The notes under the pieces are model-generated. The model saw only the letters and a program-made list of their open reading frames with translations, searched no databases and was not told where the DNA came from. Source: Salinivirgaceae bacterium (GTDB lineage: Bacteria; Bacteroidota; Bacteroidia; Bacteroidales; SZUA-534). Taken from it: DNA of 64,000 nt. Within the stretch, counting starts at the first letter, position 1. The number at the start of each line of letters is the position of its first letter. Positions 40,567 through 50,788 of the stretch are shown here, one piece after another. Made by a program: the position numbers and the translations under genes. Location: positions 86,919-150,918 of the forward strand of contig JAKSOL010000004.1 of assembly GCA_024405635.1 (NCBI GenBank), in the 5' to 3' direction.

Positions 40567-40652
40567 TACCCGGAGCCGGTTTCGAACCGGCACGTCCATT
40601 ACTGGACACAGGATTTTAAGTCCTGCGCGTCTACCGATTCCGCCATCTGGGC
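40567..40652 (-). tRNA. tRNA-Leu (anticodon TAA)
   Basis: Reverse complement GCCCAGATGGCGGAATCGGTAGACGCGCAGGAC-TTAAAA-TCCTG...GGTTCGAAACCGGCTCCGGGTA; long variable arm; CCA not encoded. Confidence 0.93.
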
Positions 40653-40684
40653 AACCATTATTTGTGGAATGGGCAAAAAAAAAG

Positions 40685-40757
<73 letters not shown>

Positions 40758-41077
40758 GATTGCGGTTGCAAATATAGAGCTACTAGCCGTTTCTGCAATA
40801 GGTTTCTTATAAAAAGTTGAATTATTTTTAATGTCGATTGATTATCAGTCGTTTATGATGATATTTTTTTTGAAAAACAACGTCGCAGTGCTTGTTTAGT
40901 TGGCATTTTTGAAGGTTTTTTGCCTTGTTTTTGTATCGAAAAACGCGAGTTTTTGCGAAACGATGCTAAAAATTAAAGAAAAGAGCTCCAAAAAACGCAT
41001 TTCGGCAAACCCCGATTTATTGCTATATTCGCACCGATTTGGCAAAAAATGCCACTATCGCTTAAAAAATCTGACAG

Positions 41078-42400
41078 ATGCAAGATAATATATCACGAGG
41101 TTGTCCTATTCAAAAAATTGATAATGAGACAACTAACTATTATTCGACCTATGCAGGCAAGTTGAATGTTTTTAACTGGCTTACAGGTATTCCTGAGGGA
41201 ATTGATAAAAATGAGATATACGAGGTTCGTTTTAAAAATACTCGTAAGGGCTATTATTATAATTCTAGTGGTTTGCGCCTTGCCGAGGGCGACATTGTTG
41301 CGGTTGAGGCATCTCCAGGCCACGATGTGGGTATTATATCACTCAAAGGTTGGTTAGTGCTAAAACAACTTCAAAAGCATAACATTAGTCCAAAGTCGGA
41401 GTTTAAGACTATTTACCGCAAAGTAAAGCCAAGCGATATCGAAAAATGGAAAGAGGCTATCGATTTGGAGGAGCAGACAATGGTCGAGTCGCGCAAAATT
41501 TCAGCCGATCTTCGACTTAATATGAAAATTGGAGATGTTGAGTATCAGGGTGATAAAACCAAGGCAATTTTCTATTACATAGCCGATGAGCGTGTCGATT
41601 TTCGCCAACTTATTAAAGTTTTGGCCGATAAATTCCGCATTCGTATTGAGATGCGTCAAATTGGAGCGCGTCAAGAGGCTGGTCGCATCGGTGGTATTGG
41701 CTCATGTGGTCGAGAGTTGTGCTGCTCAACTTGGATGAGCAATTTTGTGTCGGTTACTACAACTGCGGCTCGTTATCAAGAATTGTCGCCCAATCCGCAA
41801 AAATTGGCAGGACAGTGCTGCAAACTTAAATGCTGCTTGAACTACGAGGTTGACTCGTACATGGATGCTCGCAAGGATTTTCCTTCAACTGATACACCTA
41901 TCATGACCGAAAACGGAAAGGCTTATCATGTTAAAACTGATGTCTATCGCCGTATGATGTGGTTCTCGGTCACCAACGATGCTAGTAGTTCTGAACTGAT
42001 TCCTATTTCGGTTGAAAATGTTAAACGATATGTTGAATTGACTAAAAAAGGTCAAAAGGTTCAAATTGAGGCAGTTGTCGATGATAAAGATGATGCCGAA
42101 GAACTAGACTTTACCAACAACGTGGGCGAGGAGAGTATTACTCGATTCGATAATCGTAAGAAAAAGAAAAAGCACCGTAAACCACAAGGAGGTGCAAACT
42201 CAGGTGGAGATCGTCAACAAGATTTAAAGGCAGAAGCACAATCTTCTGAAATATCTGAGAATCAAACTGTAGAAAATAAATCGGGTGATGCCCAGGTCGG
42301 AGATAATCGCCAAGAACGTCATCACCATCATCATCATAGACATAACCATAACCATAATGGAAACCGTAATCGAGACAATCAAAAACCTGCTGAAGCTTAG
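41078..42400 (+). CDS. PSP1/RicT-family regulatory Fe-S complex subunit
   Basis: EVRFKNTRK, DERVDFRQL, IGARQEA..IGGIGSCGRELCC, KLAGQC.KLKCCLNYE. Confidence 0.9.
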   Translation: MQDNISRGCPIQKIDNETTNYYSTYAGKLNVFNWLTGIPEGIDKNEIYEVRFKNTRKGYYYNSSGLRLAEGDIVAVEASPGHDVGIISLKGWLVLKQLQKHNISPKSEFKTIYRKVKPSDIEKWKEAIDLEEQTMVESRKISADLRLNMKIGDVEYQGDKTKAIFYYIADERVDFRQLIKVLADKFRIRIEMRQIGARQEAGRIGGIGSCGRELCCSTWMSNFVSVTTTAARYQELSPNPQKLAGQCCKLKCCLNYEVDSYMDARKDFPSTDTPIMTENGKAYHVKTDVYRRMMWFSVTNDASSSELIPISVENVKRYVELTKKGQKVQIEAVVDDKDDAEELDFTNNVGEESITRFDNRKKKKKHRKPQGGANSGGDRQQDLKAEAQSSEISENQTVENKSGDAQVGDNRQERHHHHHHRHNHNHNGNRNRDNQKPAEA

Positions 42401-42839
42401 TTTGTTAGCTCTTGTGCTATGCGCTTGCGATAAGTACTCTGTTTACGAACGTAACTATGACATGCGAGGCGAAGTGTGGAAAAGCGATAGCGTGCTTGTG
42501 TTTAACGCAAATATTGACGATACAACAGTCGCTTACAATATTCTGTTTAATAATAGAATTACTGGTCAATATCCATATAGTAATATGTATTTGTTTATTA
42601 CTATCACCGCACCGGGTAATATGGTGATGCGTGATACTCTTGATTGCGTTTTGGCCGACAATAGCGGTAAGTGGTTAGGTAAGGGATTTGGAGGAGTGTG
42701 GTCAAATACTGTGCGCTACAAAAGCAATATTCTATTCCCTCGAAGCGGAAACTATACTATAAAGGTTGAGCAAGCAATGCGCGTTTCTGAATTGCCACAC
42801 GTGCTTGATGCAGGTTTGCGTATTGAGCGTGCACATTAA
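42357..42839 (+). CDS. gldH: Gliding motility lipoprotein GldH
   Basis: Lipobox LCAC; YPYSNMYL, DTL...LAD..GKWLGKG, FP.SG.Y...EQAMR; conserved position after PSP1. Confidence 0.88.
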   Translation: METVIETIKNLLKLSLLALVLCACDKYSVYERNYDMRGEVWKSDSVLVFNANIDDTTVAYNILFNNRITGQYPYSNMYLFITITAPGNMVMRDTLDCVLADNSGKWLGKGFGGVWSNTVRYKSNILFPRSGNYTIKVEQAMRVSELPHVLDAGLRIERAH

Positions 42840-42857
42840 TCTATAAATCAAATTGTT

Positions 42858-43613
42858 GTGGGAAAAGGTAAATTAGAAAAATTTCAAGAAATTGAAGGCT
42901 TTGCTAATGTAGTTCAGCCTTTGGTTACTGCATATAGCCAAACCGATCATGAATTAAAGGGACATTGGCACGAAAAAATGTTTGGGAACAATAATCCAAT
43001 AGTTCTTGAATTGGGCTGTGGTAAAGGTGAATATACGGTTGGTTTGGCTCGACGTTTTCCAAACAAAAACTTTATTGGAGTAGATATAAAGGGTGCGCGC
43101 ATTTGGCGAGGTGCAAAAACATCAAACGAGGAGCAGATGAAAAATGTGGCTTTTTTGCGCACTCGTATCGAAACAATTACTTCATATTTTGCCGAAAACG
43201 AGATAAGCGAAATTTGGGTTACATTTCCAGACCCACAATTGAAAAAACGACGCGAAAAGAAACGCTTAACGTCTAATGTCTTTTTGTCGCTTTATCAAAA
43301 ACTATTGGTTGATAATGGTTTGGTTAATCTAAAAACCGATAGCCAATTCTTGTATCTATATACAGTGGCAACGGCCGAGTGCAATGGCCTTGAAATTGAC
43401 CACAAAACTGCCGATTTGTATTCTGAACCATGGCTTGATGATGTGCTATCAATAAAAACTTACTACGAACAATTACACATCGATGCTGGAACTAAAATAT
43501 CGTATCTTAGTTTTCATTTGCCTAAAAATCAGCCACTTATTGCCCCTGATGGTTTTGACGACGAGCATCAAGATTTGAAAGATGAGAGTCGTGAGGTTGC
43601 TGAAGAGGAATAG
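42858..43613 (+). CDS. trmB: tRNA (guanine46-N7)-methyltransferase
   Basis: VLELGCGKGEY, GVDIKGAR, TFPDPQ, LKTDS. Confidence 0.96.
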   Translation: MGKGKLEKFQEIEGFANVVQPLVTAYSQTDHELKGHWHEKMFGNNNPIVLELGCGKGEYTVGLARRFPNKNFIGVDIKGARIWRGAKTSNEEQMKNVAFLRTRIETITSYFAENEISEIWVTFPDPQLKKRREKKRLTSNVFLSLYQKLLVDNGLVNLKTDSQFLYLYTVATAECNGLEIDHKTADLYSEPWLDDVLSIKTYYEQLHIDAGTKISYLSFHLPKNQPLIAPDGFDDEHQDLKDESREVAEEE

Positions 43614-43745
43614 TTTGCTACAACCTTTTGCTAAGCTTGGCAATTCGTATGTAAAAAAATGGCAGATACTTGTCCTTGATGTAAAATAATAAATACTTTT
43701 ACATTAGTTTTTTGCATATATATACGCAAAGAACATTATTAGAAA

Positions 43746-46694
43746 ATGAAAAGGTATTTGTGTAATCTATTGATTATTGCCTTTTTACTCGCGTTTTTAA
43801 CGTCGTGTAAAAAGCAATGTCGTGTAGTTACTTATACCGATTCAAATGGATTCGAATATCAAACTGTAACAACCGACCCATATTCGGTTAGGGTTTATAC
43901 TCTCAAAAATGGACTAAAGGTTTACTTGTCGGTAACGCACGATGAACCTCGCATTGTTACTCGCATTGCAGTTAAGGCAGGCTCAGTTGAAGACCCCGAC
44001 GACAATACAGGTTTGGCGCATTACCTTGAACACATGATGTTTAAGGGAACTCCGCGGCTTGGTACAATTAATTGGGAAAAAGAAAAACCCTTGCTCGATG
44101 AGATTGAACAATTGTACGAACAACATTATGTTGCTTCGTCTGAGGCTGAACGCAAAAACATTTATCGAAAAATTGATAGCGTTTCGTTCTTGGCATCAAA
44201 GTATGTAGTGCTTAACGAGATTGATGCACTATCGACAACAATTGGTGCTAGTCGTCAAAATGCTTTTACCGACAACGATATGTCGGTTTTTTATTGCGAA
44301 ATACCGTCAAATGAACTTGATAGATTTCTGCAAATTGAAAGTGAACAACTGCAGAATCCAGTAATGCGAGGTTTTCATACCGAATTGGAGTCTATTTACG
44401 AAGAATTTAACCAATGGCAAGATGGCGCAGGCGAGTCGGCGCTCTATGCAGCCCGATGGGGATTGGTTAAAGGTAGCCCATACGATCATGATGTTGCTGG
44501 TAAATCGGAGCATTTGCGCCGACCTTCAATAACGCTAATCAAGGAGTTTGTAAAGAATTATTACGTGCCAAATAATATGGCAGTGTGCCTTGCGGGCGAT
44601 TTTAATCCTGACGAGGCGGTGGCCTTGGTAAACAAATATTTTGGTAACGCTGAACCGCATCAAGTAGTTCGCCGGGAAGTGCCGCAACAAAAAAAACCGA
44701 CATGCCAAACCGATACTACCATTATCGATCCACAAGATGAATTTGTGGTTATTGGTTTTTTGGGCGGGGGCTATAATTCGTCCGACAAAAAATGTATTAA
44801 CTTGATTGATAATATATTATGCAACGAACAGTCGGGTTTGGTTGATATTAACATTAACAATCAGCAAACTGCGTCGTGGGCCGAAACCTTTATGTATCAG
44901 AACTATGCTAATGGCTATTTGTTTATGATGGGTTGGCCTAATGCAGGGCAAACGCTTGACGAGGTTAAAGATTTGTTGCTAGCCGAAGTTGAAAAGGTGA
45001 AAAATGGCGAATTTGACGATTGGATGCTTGAGTCAAATATTGCAGAAACTCAAATGTATAGCCAAAGCCAATTAAATTCGGCAAGCGGCATTTGTGAGCA
45101 AATGTCAGAGTGCTTTATTTTTGATGTTCCATGGATTTCGCGTGTTACTTACCCCGATAGCTTACAAAGTGTTTCAAAGGCGCAATTGGTTGAATTTGCA
45201 AAAACGTTTCTTACTAATCCAATGGTTGTGTACAAACGTCAAGGAGCCAATCCCAACCTTGTTAGAGTTGAAAAACCTCAAATTACCCCAATCGTTGGTT
45301 CGGGCCAATTGTATTCTGAATTCGGCAAACAGATATTGTCGCAAAAAGTTGAACCTATAGAACCTGTTTATGCCGATTTTGGCAAATCGATAAAGAAAAC
45401 CAAACTATCTGACGATATTTATTTTGACTATGTTTATTCATTGTCGCCGTCATTCAGTTTGAATTATGTTATTGAAATTGGTGAATACAATACCAATTGG
45501 ATTAAGCCCGCCTTAAAACAACTCACTCTTTTGGGCACCGACAAATACTCGTCAGACGAATTGCTAAATCAATTGTCAAGCTATGGTTTGTCGTTAACCA
45601 CTGAAGTGTATCCGCGCTACTCAGTCATTAAATTGTCGGGTGCCGAAAAAAATGCAGAAAAGGGAATGCAGTTGCTTGAACATATTTTATTAAACCTTAA
45701 GCCCGATAATCAAGTGTTTGATGAAATGGTTAACAACATTGCCGACGAGCATCAAAAGAATATGTTTGATCCAAAGTACATAGTGGCCACAGCGTTTCCC
45801 GAATATGCACGATATGGAAAAGATGCACCATTTCGTAACGGATTGTCATCGGAGCAAATGCGCGAAATAGGTAGCGTGGGCTTGGTGGATTTTATAAAAG
45901 AGCTCACAAGCTATCCACATCGTGTGTTCTATTATGGACAATCATCGTATCGCTCGGCTCTTAAAATTGTAAAAAAGTATCATAAGTTGCCTAAAAACAC
46001 GTTGCCTCCTCATCATTTGCGCGATTTTAAGGTTATAGCAGATGGAATTCCAAAAGTATATGTTGTGGATTATGAATCGCTACAAACTACGGCGCTATCA
46101 TTTGCAGTAGGCGAACAAATTACACCTCTGCTATTTGCTTACGACAGCGTTTTTAATATGCTGTATAATACAAAAAACACAATGAACACCATTCCACAAC
46201 AAATGTTGCGAGAATCGAAGGCTTTGGTTTACGATGTTTTGGCGCGATTTGTTATGCCTGACGATAGCAAAAGCCCAACATATATGCAGACGCAAATGAG
46301 CATGCAGAACGATAAACTAATATCGGCCTTAAGCGAAATGCAGAACGTTACAACCGAACTATATGTGCAACCCGAAAATTTGGAATCGGCATGTAAAACT
46401 CTTCAAAAACGCATCGAAACATCGCGAATAATAGGTGAAAATATTTATTGGACATGGCACAAACTTAAACTGATGAATATGGATTTTGATGTTCGCCGAT
46501 TAGTGTATGAACTGTCAAAAACTATTGATATCGAGATGTTTAACGACTATTTTATTGAAAATGTTGCGGGGCGCCAACAAACCATATTCCTTTTAGGAAA
46601 TAAGTCAGAAATGGATTTGGAGGCACTAAGCCGTTTTGGTGAAGTACAAGAGTTGACTCTTGACGAATTATTCAATGTAAATCAAATTAATTAA
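43746..46694 (+). CDS. M16 family zinc peptidase, lipoprotein
   Basis: Lipobox LTSC; YTLKNGL, GLAHYLEHMMFKG (HxxEH), YYVPNNM. Confidence 0.92.
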   Translation: MKRYLCNLLIIAFLLAFLTSCKKQCRVVTYTDSNGFEYQTVTTDPYSVRVYTLKNGLKVYLSVTHDEPRIVTRIAVKAGSVEDPDDNTGLAHYLEHMMFKGTPRLGTINWEKEKPLLDEIEQLYEQHYVASSEAERKNIYRKIDSVSFLASKYVVLNEIDALSTTIGASRQNAFTDNDMSVFYCEIPSNELDRFLQIESEQLQNPVMRGFHTELESIYEEFNQWQDGAGESALYAARWGLVKGSPYDHDVAGKSEHLRRPSITLIKEFVKNYYVPNNMAVCLAGDFNPDEAVALVNKYFGNAEPHQVVRREVPQQKKPTCQTDTTIIDPQDEFVVIGFLGGGYNSSDKKCINLIDNILCNEQSGLVDININNQQTASWAETFMYQNYANGYLFMMGWPNAGQTLDEVKDLLLAEVEKVKNGEFDDWMLESNIAETQMYSQSQLNSASGICEQMSECFIFDVPWISRVTYPDSLQSVSKAQLVEFAKTFLTNPMVVYKRQGANPNLVRVEKPQITPIVGSGQLYSEFGKQILSQKVEPIEPVYADFGKSIKKTKLSDDIYFDYVYSLSPSFSLNYVIEIGEYNTNWIKPALKQLTLLGTDKYSSDELLNQLSSYGLSLTTEVYPRYSVIKLSGAEKNAEKGMQLLEHILLNLKPDNQVFDEMVNNIADEHQKNMFDPKYIVATAFPEYARYGKDAPFRNGLSSEQMREIGSVGLVDFIKELTSYPHRVFYYGQSSYRSALKIVKKYHKLPKNTLPPHHLRDFKVIADGIPKVYVVDYESLQTTALSFAVGEQITPLLFAYDSVFNMLYNTKNTMNTIPQQMLRESKALVYDVLARFVMPDDSKSPTYMQTQMSMQNDKLISALSEMQNVTTELYVQPENLESACKTLQKRIETSRIIGENIYWTWHKLKLMNMDFDVRRLVYELSKTIDIEMFNDYFIENVAGRQQTIFLLGNKSEMDLEALSRFGEVQELTLDELFNVNQIN

Positions 46695-46706
46695 TCATAT
46701 TGAAAA

Positions 46707-47180
46707 ATGGGACAAAAAGCAGACAGACACACCGCAATAGCAGAATTGGTTACTAATAATGAAGTAACCTCGCAAGAAATGCTACTTGACATGCTTAAAG
46801 AAAAAGGCATTGTTGCAACACAAGCAACATTGTCGCGCGATTTAAAACGAATGAAAATATTTAAACGCTCGTCAATATTAACTGGAAATTATTGCTACGC
46901 CTTGCCCGAAACTATAACTACAGCACCAGTAACATCAACCACGTCGCCTCTTGATGGTTTAGTGTCAATTGAATTTTCGGGTAGCATGGCAGTTGTAAAA
47001 ACACTTCCAGCGTATGCTCAACCAGTGTCGCAAATAATTGATGATGCACAAATGGTTGAAATAGCAGGAACTATTGCAGGTAATGATACTATATTAATGG
47101 TGTTGAGAAATGGCTTTACAAAGAAACAAGTAAAACAAACCTTGCTTTCAAAATTCCCAAGCATAAAGGATAAATTATGA
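46707..47180 (+). CDS. argR: Arginine repressor
   Basis: SQE.L, ATQATLSRDL, VVKTLP, GTIAGNDT. Confidence 0.92.
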   Translation: MGQKADRHTAIAELVTNNEVTSQEMLLDMLKEKGIVATQATLSRDLKRMKIFKRSSILTGNYCYALPETITTAPVTSTTSPLDGLVSIEFSGSMAVVKTLPAYAQPVSQIIDDAQMVEIAGTIAGNDTILMVLRNGFTKKQVKQTLLSKFPSIKDKL

Positions 47181-47257
47181 TTGCTAATTGGTTTTTGATA
47201 CCGAAAATCTCTTACATTTACGCACAAAATTGATTATCAATTAAAACACATATCTCT

Positions 47258-47395
47258 ATGAAGAAAATAACCTACATCGCATTGTTTGTTATGTTGAGTG
47301 TTGCTTTCTTAAGTTCTTGCAAATCATCTGGCGGAACTTGCCCAGCATATTCAGATAACGGAGCACAGCAAACAGAGCAACTTGCTCAACGCTAG
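47258..47395 (+). CDS. Small (45 aa) lipoprotein with CPAY motif
   Basis: Below the ORF-track cutoff. MKKITYIALFVMLSVAFLSSCKSSGGTCPAYSDNGAQQTEQLAQR; clear SPII signal, A-rich leader, terminator directly after. Confidence 0.8.
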   Translation: MKKITYIALFVMLSVAFLSSCKSSGGTCPAYSDNGAQQTEQLAQR

Positions 47396-47398
47396 CAG

Positions 47399-47429
47399 AA
47401 AAGAGCCTCTTAAAAAGAGGTTTTTTTTT
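47399..47429 (+). terminator. Intrinsic terminator
   Basis: GCCTCTT AAA AAGAGGT followed by a long T run. Confidence 0.75.
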
Positions 47430-47603
47430 GCTCAAAAACTACTCGCTATATTCTGTTTGCTACAATGCTTGGCTAAGTAGCATTGCGTCGGTACTCTTAT
47501 GGTGAGTTTTTTCTTCTACCATAGTCGCGAAAAGAGAAAGGAGTTGCGGGTTAAGTTTTTGATAGATAGATGATTGTGGGTGAGTAAAAATGTGGAGTAA
47601 TTG

Positions 47604-47635
47604 TTTGCTTATATTTGCTCTATTATCTACATTTG
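47604..47635 (+). promoter_or_regulatory. Bacteroidota sigma-A promoter of gapA
   Basis: TTTG (47604-47607), 20-nt spacer, TACATTTG (47628-47635). Confidence 0.65.
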
Positions 47636-47681
47636 TGCGATTTTTTGAAAAAGGAAAGAGACATTTTTTTTAATATTTTAA

Positions 47682-48692
<1,011 letters not shown>

Positions 48693-48711
48693 TTTTTCCG
48701 ATAATCAATAT

Positions 48712-48742
48712 AAAAAGCCATCCTTCGGGGTGGCTTTTTTTT
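48712..48742 (+). terminator. Intrinsic terminator
   Basis: AAAAAGCCATCC TTCG GGGTGGCTTTTTTTT. Confidence 0.9.
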
Positions 48743-49165
48743 GTCTATTGTTCACTTTTGTGTTGGGTTTGGTTAAGTCATGGATTGTGTTAATAAATTC
48801 TCAGATCGAACCGTTTGTTATAGTTACAATTATCTAAACCATTATACGTCCCATAAAATATCTCACTATCTACTTTTGAAAGAAGTTTAGATTGGGTGGA
48901 TATTTTTGTGTATCTGTTGTTATGCATGTAATGGGGTTGTTTATGTTATTGAAAATCAAATAATAATAATTGTTGATAATATCCTGTAGTTGGTTCTGCA
49001 AGCAAAAAACACATGTAGTATTAGTAGGATTGAATATGAAAATAAGGCCGATAATTCAAAAGGTGAGCTCTTTTTGGAGATTTTTGATGATTAATGACGG
49101 GTTTAATTAAGTGTCATAATAGTATATTTGGATAATTTTATACAATTGATTGAAACTATAAATGT

Positions 49166-49540
49166 ATGAGTATGAAGAAAATGCTATTATTCTTGGTGTC
49201 TATATTTTTTTCAGTTAGTGTGTGTGCTGAAGAAGTTAGTCCTACTTTTAATGTGGAGATTGAACGCAAGGTTAGCTATATTGATATTGAGGGTGAAATG
49301 TACTATGATTGTGTAGTTGCTATTAGAGCTAGTAGTGCGACCGTATCTGTGGTGTCCGTGCAAATAAAGGATAAAAACGGCAAACGAATATATGTTAGGA
49401 AGTTTAAGGGTTCTTATCTATATATTTTTAGTAGTGGACAAATTCAAATAGGCAAGCCTCGTTTTGACAAGGTGGTGATATATAGTAGGCCATATGGTTC
49501 TTATGTCGGTAAGATAAGGGAGAAAGAAGGTGTATATTAG
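49166..49540 (+). CDS. Hypothetical exported protein
   Basis: Signal peptide MKKMLLFLVSIFFSVSVCA; beta-rich; AT-rich islet. Confidence 0.65.
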   Translation: MSMKKMLLFLVSIFFSVSVCAEEVSPTFNVEIERKVSYIDIEGEMYYDCVVAIRASSATVSVVSVQIKDKNGKRIYVRKFKGSYLYIFSSGQIQIGKPRFDKVVIYSRPYGSYVGKIREKEGVY

Positions 49541-49570
49541 GGCGGAATGGATTAATAATGTTGGTTTTAT

Positions 49571-50629
49571 ATGCTAGGGGTTAAATACAAATATGCATAC
49601 AACCAAAACGGAGAACTAGTTGATGCTAGTTTAATTATACCGCTTATAGAGCAAAATCCATCTGTAAGAAAGATGGAATATCGTTGTATTGAATGTGGTG
49701 AAATAATTAGACCTCGAGGAGGATCAAGATCTCCGCATTTTTATCATGAAAACCATAATTGCAATCCGGAAACATATCTCCATAAACTAGCTAAACTTCG
49801 CATCAAACAAGCATTTGATGCTCAAAAAGAATTTTTTATTTCATTACCTAAAATATCTACTTGCACTGACGTTAACACTTGCAAATTTGCAATAGGTTTA
49901 TGTAAAGAGAGTCTATCTTCAGAATCGTTTGATTTAAAAAAATGGTTCGACACTTGTGAATTGGAAAAGGTGGTGGGCGGTTTTATTGCAGATATTGATT
50001 TGTATAAATCTGACAATCCTAATCGTTCTCATATCATGATAGAAGTTCAAGTTTCGCATCCTTGTACAAAGGAAAAATGGGACTCTCCATATAGAATAAT
50101 TGAAACCAAGGTAATCCGGAAAGAAGAAGATATTGAACGGATTATTCAACAAGGATTTGATTCTTCAAATTGTAGAATAAATGAGAGGTTTAAGGTCTTT
50201 CGAAAAAATGAGAGAATGGAATCAGATCACATTCAACGGTTTTATTATTTCAAAAGTGGAAAAGCATATGTAAAATCTCCTTTCCCAACAGGAGATTATG
50301 AAAATGATTTTAAATCATATGTTAATTGTCGGTCAAGGAATAAGAAGAAAAAAAATAATTCAATGTTTGAATTGAACGTAGAAGCTGATTATTTAGGAGA
50401 ACCGAATGTTTTGCAAGTAGGTTTGTTGTATTTATATATGAAGCATCGGATAAAGAATTGTTTAATATGTAAATACTATTACTACGAAGGGGTTTTGTCT
50501 CGGTGTAACTTGTATAAGAAGTATGGAACGCCTCACAATCCTGAACAACCATATGCTAAAATATGTAATTATTTTAGAGCTATGGACTATAACCCTCAAG
50601 ATGTAGAATCAAAAGTGGAGGAAGTATAA
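49571..50629 (+). CDS. CoiA-like protein (Zn ribbon + PD-(D/E)xK-type nuclease) with Cys-rich C-terminus
   Basis: YRCIECG...PHFYH...CNPETYLHKLAK; ADIDL...IMIEVQVSH; C-terminal CLICKY...C..YKKYGTP...C. Confidence 0.7.
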   Translation: MLGVKYKYAYNQNGELVDASLIIPLIEQNPSVRKMEYRCIECGEIIRPRGGSRSPHFYHENHNCNPETYLHKLAKLRIKQAFDAQKEFFISLPKISTCTDVNTCKFAIGLCKESLSSESFDLKKWFDTCELEKVVGGFIADIDLYKSDNPNRSHIMIEVQVSHPCTKEKWDSPYRIIETKVIRKEEDIERIIQQGFDSSNCRINERFKVFRKNERMESDHIQRFYYFKSGKAYVKSPFPTGDYENDFKSYVNCRSRNKKKKNNSMFELNVEADYLGEPNVLQVGLLYLYMKHRIKNCLICKYYYYEGVLSRCNLYKKYGTPHNPEQPYAKICNYFRAMDYNPQDVESKVEEV

Positions 50630-50788
50630 TTGCCTAATAATAATCGGTTAATGGATATTGTTATGTCATTGTAAATATTACTTCTCTCGTTTTCAATTTC
50701 TTAAAGTTGCTTCCGTCTAACTGTCGGTTTTCACTTTCACTTCTCTCAATTATATTTGTGCCACAATTGATTGAAAATAGCATTTAAT

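Noticed and set aside
42357-42839. gldH as evidence of gliding motility
   Set aside because: GldH homologues also occur in non-gliding Bacteroidales at this same locus.
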